Positions 26,246-39,220 of a stretch of DNA of 64,000 bases are shown one piece after another. The notes below the pieces were generated by a model that searched no databases, was not told the origin of the DNA, and saw only the letters and a list, made by a program, of their open reading frames with translations. The first letter of the stretch is position 1; every line of letters starts with the position of its first letter. Origin of the DNA: Octopus sinensis (Eukaryota); NCBI RefSeq assembly GCF_006345805.1, contig NC_043002.1:106144001-106208000 (forward strand). The letters are read 5' to 3'. A program made the translations under genes and the position numbers.

Positions 26246-27238
26246 GTGAGTTAGCTGTCCTGTCTAATTTTTCTGTTTTCTGTATCTTTGTAGTCATGTA
26301 TATGTAAGTACCAATTCTTAGACACTCACCTGCATGCTAGTTTAGTTGTATACCATCATTATCATCATCATTTTAGTGTCTACTTTGCCCTGTTTGCATA
26401 GGTCAGATTAGAGTATGTTGGAGCAGAACTTTTTATGGCCAGATGCCCTTCCTGTTGCCAATCCCCACCTGCTTTATCCCAGTCTATCAAACAACAAACA
26501 GCCAAAACATGCTTAAGTGGACAACTGAAAGCAAATGACATTAAAATGTATGGTTAAGACACTCACTTTCCAACCACATGGCTTCAGGTTCAGTCCTAAC
26601 ATGCAGCACCTTAGGCAAGTGCATTATACTACAGCCCTGGACCGACCAAAGCCTTGTGAGTGAATATGTAGAAACCCCTCATATGTATATGTATGTGTGT
26701 GAGCTTGTGTTATGTTTGTCAACTCCACCACTTCTTGACAACCAGTGTTGGTTTGTTTACATCCCTACAGCTTGTGGTTCAGCAAAAGAGACTAATAGAA
26801 TGAGTACCAAACTTGGAAAATATGTTCTAGGTGCAATTTGATCTGCTAAACCTTTCAAGTCAGTGCCCCAGCATGGCTGCAGTCCAATCACTGAAACAAA
26901 AGATAACTCGTCAAGACATGTCAAGAAGCTCAGGCATGCTTTTGTTGTGGACTGCAGCATCTACCACTGCTATTCTTATTATTAGAACCACTTTGCTGTG
27001 TGTTCAAATATAAAACTGTAGACCTGCATGCATGTAGCTACATATATATATGTAGAGAATAACCACTTACAAATTCAGTTATGTGTATGTGTGTGTGTAT
27101 GTGTGTGTGTGTGTGGTGTGTGTGTGTGTGTATAAATACAAGATTACCACATAAAATAAATTGCTCAATATCAATATATATATAAAGCTTATGATAAACA
27201 AATTTACAAATTAAAATGTTTTCTCTGCTCCAATCAAG

Positions 27239-27280
27239 GGTCCACTGATCACAGCAAGTTACCACAATGGATACCACTGA
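27239..27280 (+). CDS. msi: Musashi last coding exon segment GPLITASYHNGYH*
   Basis: Acceptor ttttctctgctccaatcaAG at 27237-27238, phase 0 matching the upstream donor. Reads GGT CCA CTG ATC ACA GCA AGT TAC CAC AAT GGA TAC CAC TGA, matching the MSI1/MSI2 end GPLIATAFTNGYH*. Not in the ORF track. The exon probably runs to the donor GAAG|GTAAAT at 27327/27328. Confidence 0.93.
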   Translation, partial: GPLITASYHNGYH

Positions 27281-27430
27281 TTCCCTCTAATGGCCAGCTT
27301 TTGAAAAGTAACAGACACAGTCTGAAGGTAAATGCTTTCTTTTACACCATTTGCATTCAAAAAATTTTTTATTGTTGTATTTGTGAGGTGATATATGAAA
27401 GATTAAGCATTTGTTGGCTTGTCTTATATA

Positions 27431-28676
27431 TTGAATCATCCCATAAATAATGTGGTTTTTTTCAATTGCATGAACTGAAAGTTGGAAGGGAGCAGGATAA
27501 ACTACCTGCATCAACTTGCTAGAAAAGCAGGTAGTAATTTTACCTTGTACTTATTCTTAGTGAAATTTTTGAAGAGCGCAGTTCGATTTTAAGTTATTTT
27601 TTCGAAGCTATAATGGAAGTGACAAAGGAGCATATCTGGCATATTTTGTTTTATGAGTTCAATAAATGCAACAACACAATGGAAAATGTGAGGAATATTA
27701 ATGCAGTATATGGGGATCAGACGGTAAGCATAAGCTAGTGTCAACAGTTGTTGCAGAAATTCCAAGCAGTAAACTACAGTCTAGAAGATGAGCCTTGTCC
27801 TGGAAGATCTGTAGAGCTTGACGTGAACATACTGCAAATCCCGGTGGAACAAAATCCCATCATAACTGTTGAGGAACTAGCAGAGAGGCTTGAATTTGGT
27901 CATTCAACCATTCATCGACACCTACGTTCCATCGGAAAAGTCAGCAATTTGGGTCAATGGATTCCTCACAAATTTTCTGAGTCTAATCACATGCAGAGAG
28001 TGAATGTGTGCTCTTCTTTGCTGTCATGTCTCATAAAACCATTTTTGAACCGTATAGTGACTGGTGATGAAAAATGGGTTCTTTATAAAAATGTCAAGTG
28101 CCAAAGACAGTAGGTAGGGAAAGAAGAAACAGCGGCACCCCAGGCTAAAGAAAGTATTCACCAACATAAGGTGTTGTTATCTGTTTGGTGGGATATGGAA
28201 AGGTTTAGTCCACTTCAAACTTTTAAACCCAAACTAAATGATAACAAAGGAGATCTACTGTGAGCAGCTTGGATGGCTTAAGTCAGCGCTAGAAGGAAAA
28301 CGACCATTTTTGGTTTCAAGACAAAAGGTATTCTTCCATCAGGATAATGTTCAGCCACATATAGTAAGGTTGACATTCCAAAGGCTGGAGCAGTTTGAAT
28401 GGGAAACAATGCCCCATCTGATTATCATTTATTCTGCAGTTTTCAAAATCATTTGGATGGAAAATCATGAATTCTGTAGATGAGATCAGAACAGTACTTG
28501 AGGAGTATTTTTCATCATGGACAAGTGAATTCTGGAAGAATGGCCTTGCAAGTCTACCAGATAGATGGAAGAGCATTGTAGAAAATGAAGGAGAGTATAT
28601 TTTAGATTAAAAAAGAACTTATCTTAATTTTGAAAAAGTAAGTATAAAAAACTGCATTATTTATGGGATGACCCAA
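27431..28676 (+). mobile_element. Full-length decayed mariner (DD34D-type) transposon
   Basis: TA-flanked TIRs: ta|ttgaatcatcccataaataatgtgg and ctgcattatttatgggatgacccaa|ta. 1246 bp. Disrupted transposase 27613-28610 (MEVTKEHI...WIPH...IVTGDEKW...HQDN...GEYILD*) with stops, frameshifts and a deleted YSPDLAP motif. Confidence 0.93.
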
Positions 28677-28856
28677 TAATGATACATAAATAAATGCTGT
28701 ATCTAACGGACATCTCAACAACACTCTTGATGTATCTTGTACAATACTAAAAGTGGTTTGTATATCCTCTGTTTAGAAAACAAATTGTCATATTTGATAT
28801 AACATGTATTCATATGTACGCACACAGGAACACTTAGACACACACACACACACACT

Positions 28857-28887
<31 letters not shown>

Positions 28888-29640
28888 CGTATTACCTTGT
28901 ATATATACACTTTTACATATATACCATATATATATATATCAGATGTTGTTTCACATCACTGGTCACAATGCACTTTGCATTGTGTTAGCTTTTGAATAAT
29001 GCCACCCACTGGCATCATTGCCCCCTGATCAGAGGGCTATTCCATCCCAGGGTCACCCATTTACAGCTGAGTGGACTGGAGCAATGTGAAATGAAATGTT
29101 TTGCACAAGGGCACAACACACCACCCAGTCTGGGGATTTAAACTTATGACCTAGTGATCATGTGTGCAACACCCTAACCACTGGGCCATGTGTTTAGCCC
29201 TATCTAAATGTGATTGATGCCGACGGCACATAAAAAGCACCATTGAGACATGGCCGATGCCAAGCCCTCCTGACTGGCTCCTGTGCTGGTGGCACATAAA
29301 AAGCACCCACTACACTCTTGGAATGGTTGTCATTAGTAAAGGCATCCAGCTGTAGAAACATTGCCAGATCAGATTGGAGGTTGGTGCAGGCATCTGGTTC
29401 GCCAGACCTCAGTAAAACTGTCCAACTCATGTCACCATGGAAAACGGACGTTAAACGATGATGATGATGATGAATATGATGATGTGCGTGTGTGTATGGT
29501 ACCTCAGCATAGTTGCAATCCAGTTACTGGAATCGTTGAGAGAATGGAGGTGTTTATGTTTGAATGCATGTCTATAATCCTGGACTGAATTGATGTATAT
29601 ATTCTTTATTGTTTTTTTGTTTTTTCTCTTCTATTTACAG

Positions 29641-29881
29641 GCTGGCTTCAATATTTCTCTGGTCAAGACCTCCACAACCAAATGGTCATAACTTCAAGGT
29701 CACCCATGATGGCTTTGAAGGCCAAAGCAAAACAAAAAGCAAAAAGAAAGAAAAAAACGAAAAAAAAAACAAAGAAATAAGAAGCATTGTTGGAGGGGGG
29801 AGTGTGTGTCATTTTGTGCTCTCCTTCCCCCACCACATACACCTCTACACTATCTATTACTCTAATAATAATAATAATAAT

Positions 29882-29914
<33 letters not shown>

Positions 29915-30420
29915 CATGGTGAACTAAAATCCGTCATTCTATATATGGTCGTTATGGTGGAGCTCTTGGTGATGAGTATACCATTTATGAACAGTTTGTT
30001 TCGTCACGTGTATAATAACTAATAATAATAATAATAATAATAATTATAATAATAATAATAATAATCAGCTTTTAATTTGGGGAACAGCAAAAAAATATGA
30101 AAACCACTACAAATTAACTAATTACTAATTGTGGCCAGTTATGTGTGTACATGTGCATACACACACATATACATATATAAACAGAATATATATATATATA
30201 TGACAATGATGATGATATATATATATGATAATGATGATATATATATATTCTGTATTATCAGAGCATGTGTGAGGAAAGTAATAATGCTCACCCCTCACAC
30301 ATGTACTCATGCACATGCATCTCTTACACATGCACACATATATGTATACATATACACACGTTATATTCTTTTTTTTCTCACATTTTCACAATTTTCTGAA
30401 ACTTACTGAGGATAAAATAA
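29641..30420 (+). other. msi: Probable non-coding terminal (3'UTR) exon of Musashi; start only, end unknown
   Basis: Very strong acceptor (ttctttattgtttttttgttttttctcttctatttacAG, ending 29640) downstream of the post-stop donor at 27328, followed by AU-rich UTR-like sequence. The end coordinate is arbitrary. Confidence 0.65.
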
Positions 30421-31059
30421 TTTATTTCATATAAACACCTCTCTCTTTCTCTCTCTACGACATTGTCATCACCAACCATAAGAAACATCATTATCGTTAT
30501 CATCATCATCAATAATGCCACTGGCAAACACTGCATCTAAGTAACCCTAACTACTGACCATCATCATCGAAAACTTACCTTGCAATCTGTAACCACCACT
30601 ATAACTACTACAGTCCCTGTATTCACTGGTAGCTTCTACCTGTGTTTAAATATATTGTTACTATCTCATACCATTGGCAACCATATCCTCCACTGCCACC
30701 ACTACCACTGCTCTCATCTTACTACAATCCACTAACACTACTACCACTACCTATACCACTAACACTTCTGCCACCTTCACAGTTACAAGAACATCAGCTT
30801 ATACTGAACCTACAATAAATGGCAAAGAATAATAATAATAATAATAATAATGATAATAGTAAATGGCATTTTTCACAAGAGCATGGCCAGAAATTTGGGC
30901 ATGGGAACAGTCAATTAAACCAAACCCACCAATCAAAACAGTTCATCTATTTAGTTAATCCCCTGAATTTTATTTTGGTTTTTTTTTAAATTTGTATTAA
31001 TCTTATTTATTAATTTTTTATGGTATTATATTTTTTCTTCCCTTTTTGAAACATCGTTA

Positions 31060-31625
31060 TTCTTTTATTGCCCATGGAAAATAAGAGGAGCTTTCATTAC
31101 TTATGAAAACTGATGAGAGCTTTCATTGCCAATGAATGGTGAAGGGAACATTGCCTATAAAAATGAAGGGTGCTTTAATTACCCATATACAATGATGGAA
31201 ACTTTCATTGTCCATGAAAATTGGTGTGATCTTTCATGAAAAAATGACAGGAGCATTCATGAGCTCTCTAAAAGGAAATAGATGTATTTTCATTTGTTTT
31301 TTTTTTCTCTTGTTTATATATTTTTCTTTTTCATCATCCATGAAAGATGATGACAACTTTCATTGCTTTATTTGATCATATCTTTTTTTTATTTTATTTT
31401 TTTTGTTCGAATTTTTCTTTGTTACCTGTGAAATAAGAGGTGATGCTCCTATCAGCTGCGAAGTTGAGGCATAACACTTATCCCCCATGAAACAGGGGGT
31501 GGGAGACTTTTATTACTTATGTAACTGGAGGAAGAGCTCTAATCACCTGTAAAATAAGAGGGGTACATTTTATCAGTTGTGTAATTGGAGAGGAAGGTTT
31601 CATCACCTGTCAAGAAGTGAGGGCC
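31060..31625. repeat. Degenerate ~29-30 bp minisatellite (gctttcattgcccatgaaaatgatga-like), two blocks
   Basis: Recurring tttcatt..ccatgaaaa at ~29 bp spacing (31060-31265) and ttatcacctgt.aaa..gagg at ~30 bp spacing (31420-31625). Confidence 0.65.
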
Positions 31626-31983
31626 TCAGGTGTGACTCCCAAAATAATTTACTTGTTCAACCACTTCACTAGTTTTTACACATTCAAAAAAAAAGTCCAG
31701 GTGTCTCCCATATTCTTTACACCCATTGTACTCATGAAACTACATCTTCTGTCAGTCGACTGGCTTTTATGCAAAAATGCACATCATATCCTTTGTTTTA
31801 TATTTTTTGATAGTTTCGTCTTGAGATGGTGAATCAGCAGAGTTAGTAGAGCATCAAATATAATGCCTTGTGACATTTATTTTGGCTCTGCAGACTTAGA
31901 GTTCAATTCCCACTGAGGTTAACTTTGTCTTTCATCCGTTTGGGATTGATAAAGTACCAGTCATGTGCTGGTATCAGTTCTTC

Positions 31984-32204
31984 GGCGAGCTGGCAGAAAC
32001 GTTAGCATGCCGGGTGAAATGCGTAGCCGTATTTCGTCTCCCGTTACGTTCTGAGTTCAAATTTCGCTGAGGCTGACTTTGCCTTTCATCCTTTCGGGGT
32101 CGATAAATTAAGTACCAGTTACGCACTGGGGTCGATGTAATTGACTTAATCCGTTTGTTTGTCCCCTCTGTGTTTAGGCCCCTTGTGGGTAGTAAAGAAA
32201 TAGT
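31984..32204 (+). mobile_element. Young tRNA-derived SINE (Meta/Nin-like central domain) with 12 bp TSD
   Basis: TSD tatcagttcttc at 31972-31983 and 32205-32216. A/B boxes (TGGCAGAAACG, GAGTTCAAAT), central gactttgcctttcatcctttcggggtcgataaattaagtaccag, CpGs intact. It abuts an older copy of the same family at ~31826-31971. Confidence 0.85.
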
Positions 32205-32861
32205 TATCAGTTCTTCTTCGTCTTCTTCTCTGTCTTTCTCTCTGGACTGTAGTTGTGACTCGAAGGTCCAGCCATGTCACATTTTGTTACACTGATTCAG
32301 CCAGAGAATTACATTAACAGTACTCATATCTCAATAATACTCAGCCACCCACATGTTGGAATTTCACTTGGTTAAACACCAAAATGCTCATCACCACAAC
32401 TGACAGAGAATCCACCAGAGTTTGATCATGTATTTTCTGATCATATGTGAGTGTGTGTGTGTATGTGACTGTATTTATACATGTATGTCTATATGTGTGT
32501 GTGTATGTATATAGGTGTGTGTATGTGTGTGTGTGTGTATACATATGCACAATGAAATGCCCTTAATGAGATGCCACAAAGATATAAAAATATCTTTGTG
32601 ACTGCAACAATCTACCCAGATATGTGTATGTGTGGGGGGTGGTTGTGAAGGTATTGGGGTTGTTTTTATTTTCTTTTTAATTCTTTTATTTTAAACATAA
32701 AAAAAAAGTCTCTTCTTTTGTTTGCATGTATATATATGCATGTATGTATTTATAGGTATGTGTGCATACACACACACACATATCCATGTGCATGTATCTG
32801 TCTACTCTAAGATGGTTCTTGAGAGAATTATTCTATCACACGCAAATTAAGTGTTTATGTA

Positions 32862-32911
<50 letters not shown>

Positions 32912-33059
32912 CACACACAAACACACACAAACACTACCTTCTACTCTTTTGTGTGTTGAAACAAAATAAACACATTTAAATTTGCTTCTGCATACTCGTA
33001 CATGTATGAGTTTTCCAAAATCTTCTTATTGATAAGATAACTTTTACGACTCAATGGAT

Positions 33060-33750
33060 TAACAGGCAACTTTGTTTCATTTTTAAATGACAATTTTTTG
33101 CAAATTTTCCACAGCCAAGCAACTTCTCTTGTACCTACTCTTTACAGTCAATATTCTGTGTCTGAACAATTGGTAACCTAGCAATTGTTGTTGCTTATAT
33201 ATTGATCTAGCTACTTTTGTTGCTTCTTTGTTGCCATAACAATCTCTGCTGTACATACTCTGCACAGTCAATTTAACATGACTTAGCATTTATTATTGAT
33301 CTAGCGAGATCAGTTGCTTCTGAATTGACTTAGTAGGTTTTGATACCCCCAGGTGGATGTAGAAACTTCTGTTGTTCCTATTCTTTACAGTCAAACTTAA
33401 TGTGACTCAAAAACTCTTGGTCTAGCAACTTCAGCTGTTTCTATTCTGTAGCAGTGTATGCTCCCATGTTGATCTAGCAACTTTTGTTGCTTCTACTTTA
33501 ACCTGGCAACTTGTGCTGCTGCTTCTACAATTTCTGATGCCTTCTACCTCTCACCACTCACACACCTTGTCTTTAGAAAGCAACTCATGGTTCCTTCTCT
33601 GTTTCTGTTTTTGGTTTAGCTAAGCAACTTCTGTCTTATCTTTATTGTTCTAAAGCAACTTGTATTTCAAAAATGATTTTCACTTTACCTTTTCCAAAGC
33701 AACTTCTATTTCCCTAAGGCCACTGTTATTTCCTAAAGCAAGTCTTATCT
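33060..33750. repeat. Degenerate tandem repeat with AGCAACTT core
   Basis: About 12 (t)agcaactt-like motifs plus recurring tttacagtcaa and gatctagc. Confidence 0.6.
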
Positions 33751-33868
33751 TCCTCCTCCTCCAGCATCCTCCCTCTCTTTCCCACTTCTCTCTCTTTCTC
33801 TCCACATTCTCTTCTTTCCCACAATTCTATTTTCACTGAAATAAATTCCAGTGAAATTTATTTTGTCC

Positions 33869-33922
<54 letters not shown>

Positions 33923-35238
33923 GTATTATTGTTTTGTTTATTGCCTTCTTCATCCAGCACCACCACCACTATCACCATTATCATCATCACCACCATCATC
34001 ATCATGTTGTTGTTGTTGATGAAATAAAAACTCAGTGATCTCTTAATTATCCAAATTTTTGCTTTATTTCATATTTTTGTTAATTTTTTTTTTTTTGGTT
34101 TTTGCATTTTATTTATTCATTGTTCATTTTTGTTTTTTGTGCTGCATGTTTTAAATTTTAATTTACCCCCTTCAACCACCACCACCTCCACCACCACCAT
34201 TGGTTGGTCTGCTACAAAAAGCAACCAAACCTTCTTCAAATCATACTCATACCATTTAAAAGAGTAACACACACTGGATAATGTTATCTAATTGTACATT
34301 ATTATGCCTGAGGAAAAAGTAGGGATGGTCAAGGGGATGCCTTCAATTAAATGCCTACTGGATTAGAATTTACCTGAGGCTAAGCAACAACTACTACTAC
34401 TACAATCACGCTGAGAATAAGGAGTTTCTAAGTGGTTGCCAAACTAGAAGTAGCAGCTAATTCTCCCTCAAATCACTCCCAATCATCTTAAAAAGAAAAA
34501 GATGCATATAATAATATAATCTTACAAAGCTTGTAAAAAAAAAGATGAGATGGTCATGGTTGGTGTGTCTATGATCTACTCAGAGTTGACTCAGGGTTAA
34601 ACAACAACTGCTACTTACATAAACACCACCACCACAATTACATCCAACATCATCACCACACTACCACTACATCCTCCCATACCCACTCACCCCTGCACTA
34701 CCATCTCACCAATAAACTCCCTACTTAGGCTTCTCTCACCCCTAGTTAAGTCAAACCCACTAGTTCTCGGCTAATCTGAGCAATGGACCAAATGTATTGC
34801 ACTTCTGAAGCGTACCACTTTACATCATGAGATTAATTCTAGATGAAGTCAACTTTTATTTTTACCCTTCCAGGATTTGGGTACCAAAATTCTAATTTAG
34901 GTTGCTTTCTGGAATTTATGTTAGCTCTTTGTATTTTGTGTTCAAATCCTGTTGGGGCCTACATGAGTTGTAGATTTAATCTATCTCCTGATTCTCCTAA
35001 TATAAAAGCCATCACCCAGTACTTGAGTAGCAGACCCCTCTGCATAATAAGTATTTGAGGTAGGTCTCAGGTTTAAGGATAACTTCTTCCTTCTCTCCCT
35101 AGCACCAGTCTCAGAGATAGCTTTGAAAACATCATGAGCACTGTCCTTCAGCATGACTATGAGGATGTATGTGTGTGTGTGTGTGTGTAAGCATGTTGAA
35201 TAAATAAAATGGATTGTATAATTAAAGTGGAGATGGTC

Positions 35239-35490
35239 ACATTATCTCACTGCAATGCATATTATCACATATGGCAATACAGAGTAATGGACATGGTTTG
35301 CTTTACTCATTAGGAATGGTAAAATGCAAAATGATGTTTATCTATGGAGGCTTTTGGACACTACATCTGATTGGTATTATATTGTTTGAGAGATAAGAAA
35401 ATGACATGCAATCCAGCTTGAATGTAATGGTATGGAGTGCTACTGGGCTGTAGAAATGCCCAGATAACCTCCATACCCTACGGGGTGACC
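35239..35490 (+). repeat. 252 bp direct duplication, copy 1
   Basis: Identical to 38969-39220 except for 4 C/T differences counted by eye. Confidence 0.9.
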
Positions 35491-37009
35491 GAATTTATTT
35501 TATAAATAGAAAATGGAGTGTCAGTACCCATCATACCTATGGTTGTTATAGTCTTTCTTTCCTAGACCAGTAGATTGATGGATTGTTGCTCAACCTCAGC
35601 ATCTGTTACCCAATGCTTGCAGGAACAAAGATGGGCAAGGGTGATAACCAGGATGTACGATTCAAATATAGTTCATGTTTAAGTGTGGACACACATCTAT
35701 GTGTGATCACCACCAAAGATGCTCATAATCCTGGTGATGGTGTCAAACCAAGGTAGTGGTGTTATGTTGACCTTACCTTCCTTATAATTCTGTTTTCATT
35801 ATTGCTTTTACTCTCTTGCACTCCACTACTGTTCTGCCTTTGTTCCCCCCTTTTAGAGGTAATTTCTTAAGTTCAACTGTTCACAGCACACTCACAATTA
35901 TAGGTACATGTAGTTATATGCATCGATACTCCTACACACACACACATATACCCAGTTTACTCTGTAAAGTGGTTGGTGTTAGGATCACATCCAGTCATTG
36001 AAACCAAATGAAACTTATGAGCAACATGCTTAGAAAAGCTGCAACAATCTGTCCAGCTTATGCCAGCATGGAAAGCAGATGTAAAATAAGGATAATATAT
36101 ATATATATTTTTTTTTTCTAAATGATTAATACAGAAGACAAAGTGTACTGGAAGCATTATTTAGGACAAGATTCATTTTGGCTTCCTTCTACACTGCTCT
36201 CTAGTGGGTGGGGAACGATGTAAAGGAATTGAAATACAACTTATATATATATATAAATAATGTTGATACATACTCCCACATACATACTTAGATACATACA
36301 CACATATATATACATACACACTCATTTGTGTAGTAAAATGGATGGTGGGTTGTGGCTGGAGGTTTATGATGAGAAGTGGAGAGTTGTAGTGCAGTGTCAG
36401 GGTTCAAATCAAACACACAACTTCACACTCACCACACTTCATCCCAGACCACAGTGTCACAGTGATAGTAGCTCCCTGTCAAACCACTCCTTTTCAGCAT
36501 CACCTCAGTCATAGCTCCCACCATATTGCCTTCAACACTGCAACTACAAACCACCACCACCACATATTGCCAGTATTAATACTAGAATCACTCTATCCAA
36601 TGACACCTCATTGACTGCTATCATCCTGGGATTCACTGCAAATAGGAAAAAGATGTGATGGCCATTGCTGGAATTCCTTTGATTATAGGTTTGTTCAATA
36701 AGGACTGATATGGGCGAAACAACAACAACAACAAATACTACCATTACAGCTTCTACTAACACCACCACTAAAACTACTACCCATCCCCTTCCTCTTCATC
36801 TTCACCCTCTTCCAATTATTCAAATGTCGTGCGTCATCTGAGGGTTTATATAGATATATATATTTATTAAAAACTAAAACAGGCAAGGAAAAGTGTGTGT
36901 TGTTTGAGTGTGAGTGCATCACTGATGTAGGGTCATGCCCATAGCCAAATGAGAACTATCAGATCATTGTTGTGGTTCAGTACTAGAGTTTGGAAGAGGG
37001 AACTCTGAA

Positions 37010-37830
37010 AGTGAACATGTTCATTAGTCTTATGATATAGTCTCATTCACAATCAACACGTTCACCACTCTTTATGTCATCTGGTTATTAGTTAACATGT
37101 TCACATAAGCTGCAGTCTGAATTCTTTTCCACTAGCCTTATAATACCATCTGGTTCATAGTTGATGTGTTCACATAACTGCAGCTTCATGCAGAGATAAC
37201 ACGTTCACTGATCTTGTGTTATAACCGCATTCATTTAACATGCTTACATAAGCTGCAGCTAGCTGTATAGTAAAATGTTTATGAGCCTTATGGTGCAATC
37301 TGATGCACAGATCACATTTTGTACACTGCAGTGAGATGCATATTCAACATGTTTACCCGTCCTGTGCTTCAGTCTAAATGCATCTCCATTGATTCTAAGC
37401 TGTGGTTTAGTAAAAAGTTAAGACATTCAGATGTTGTTTACTGCAGTCTAGTGCACAATGGATTTGTTATTCAGTTCTATGTTGCACATTGAACATGTTT
37501 GCAAGTTATATGCTGCAGTTTAGTCTGGTGCACAGGGAATATGATGAGACTTTTAACACTGGACTCCAAATAATGCATTTCAGAGCTGTTATGGTGCTTA
37601 GACTGTATTTGGTACAACTATCAAATAGATGATTTACCTAACAGCTATGTTAACATTACTACAATACTACAATAACTTTTAATATAATGTGCACTGCACT
37701 TGTTTCAAAAATACAATCAATATATACATATTTCACTATGAATACATATGGCTCTTATTCATAGTTAATATTTGTAAAGGTGTCATGTTGCAGACTGCTG
37801 CACATTTCAGCATTCACAACTGAAGTCTTA
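37010..37830. repeat. Degenerate ~38-40 bp tandem repeat (aacatgttcac...gctgcagtct)
   Basis: aaca(t/c)gtt recurs near 37015, 37055, 37094, 37198, 37346 and 37492 together with ctgcag motifs. Confidence 0.6.
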
Positions 37831-38968
37831 AGAACAACCAATAAGCTACCTGTTGCATTAGTGGTTTACACAGTTAACACCTGCTAAATGTGTCGGTGAC
37901 AGTCACGTGTGTATCTAGGTCTATAATCATAATTTAGGTGCACAAGTGTTGCAGTGAAGCCATCATTAGGTGCCATGATACAGCAAACCTATGATCAAAA
38001 GCATTCCAATCATGACCCTTCCTTCTTATTTTAGACAAACTTCATGTAGGGCCACATTATCTAGTATCTCCTCCTATGCTGTTTTTCCTCAGATCATCCC
38101 TGTTCTATCAGACCTGTAGTTGAAGGCATTCCATCCAAGACCATCTCACCATATTTTCAGATAAAGTGCATCTTGGATTGTATTATTCTTTGTTATTTTT
38201 TTTTAACCCTTTCAGTGCCACTTCCCTTAAACAAACCTCTGAGTTTATGATAACAAAAGCCAGTTTAAAGTGTTCTTATTGTTAGTGGTTAGGGTGTTAC
38301 ACTCATGATTGCAAGATTGTGGTTTCAGTTCCTGAACTGGGCAGTGCATTACATTTTTGGGTTGAAACATTTCATTTCATGTTGTTCAAGTCCACTCAGA
38401 TGTCATTTAGCAACACTGTGGTGAACTGATGTCCTTGTTCAAGGCAAATATTGTAATCTCAGTCACTTACATCCCATGGAAACTGAGTTACTGGCCATAG
38501 GAACCCTAGTGGTTGATGATGTTGATGATGATGATGATGATGATATATCACTTTGGGACATAAATGGGGTGATGGGGGTCATCTAGGTGTGTAGCATCTC
38601 CCTGAGACAGAAGCAGAATTGAGGAGCATGTGTCTGGGACAGATGTAAGACATCACTCTGAAGCAGGAGTGGCTGGTGATGAAATGGTGTGTGAGGTTGA
38701 AATTTCACTGCAGAGTAAGAAGGGTTGTTAGAATCAATAGTTGGATGAGGAAGGAAGCTGCTAGAATATATAACAAGATGGTTGTGATGGTGGTGGAGGA
38801 GGAGGAAGAGGACCATAAGTAGTAAGGAGGTTCAATGATTATTGTTTAAACAACATATGAAGTTACTGCAGAGAGTATAACTTCAGTGCAGACACTCAGT
38901 ACAAGGACAGACAGCTTACATACCAGATGGGAGGTACCCACCCCAATTATTTTAGTATAGGCTGAAGT

Positions 38969-39220
38969 ACATTATCTCACTGTAATGTATATTATCACAT
39001 ATGGCAATACAGAGTAATGGACATGGTTTGCTTTACTCATTAGGAATGGTAAAATGCAAAATGATGTTTATCTATGGAGGCTTTTGGACACTACATCTGA
39101 TTGGTATTATATTGTTTGAGAGATAAGAAAATGACATGCAATCCAGCTTGAATGTAATGGTATGGAGTGCTACTGGGCTGCAGAAATGCCTAGATAACCT
39201 CCATACCCTACGGGGTGACC
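38969..39220 (+). repeat. 252 bp direct duplication, copy 2
   Basis: Offset 3730 bp from copy 1. Confidence 0.9.

Noticed and set aside
29609-30022. 137 aa ORF as the Musashi last coding exon
   Set aside because: Wrong phase relative to the donor at 26246, and the true Musashi C-terminus is at 27239-27280.
35239-39220. LTR retrotransposon bounded by the 252 bp repeats
   Set aside because: No TG...CA at the identity boundaries, no PBS or PPT, no TSD and no internal coding remnants.
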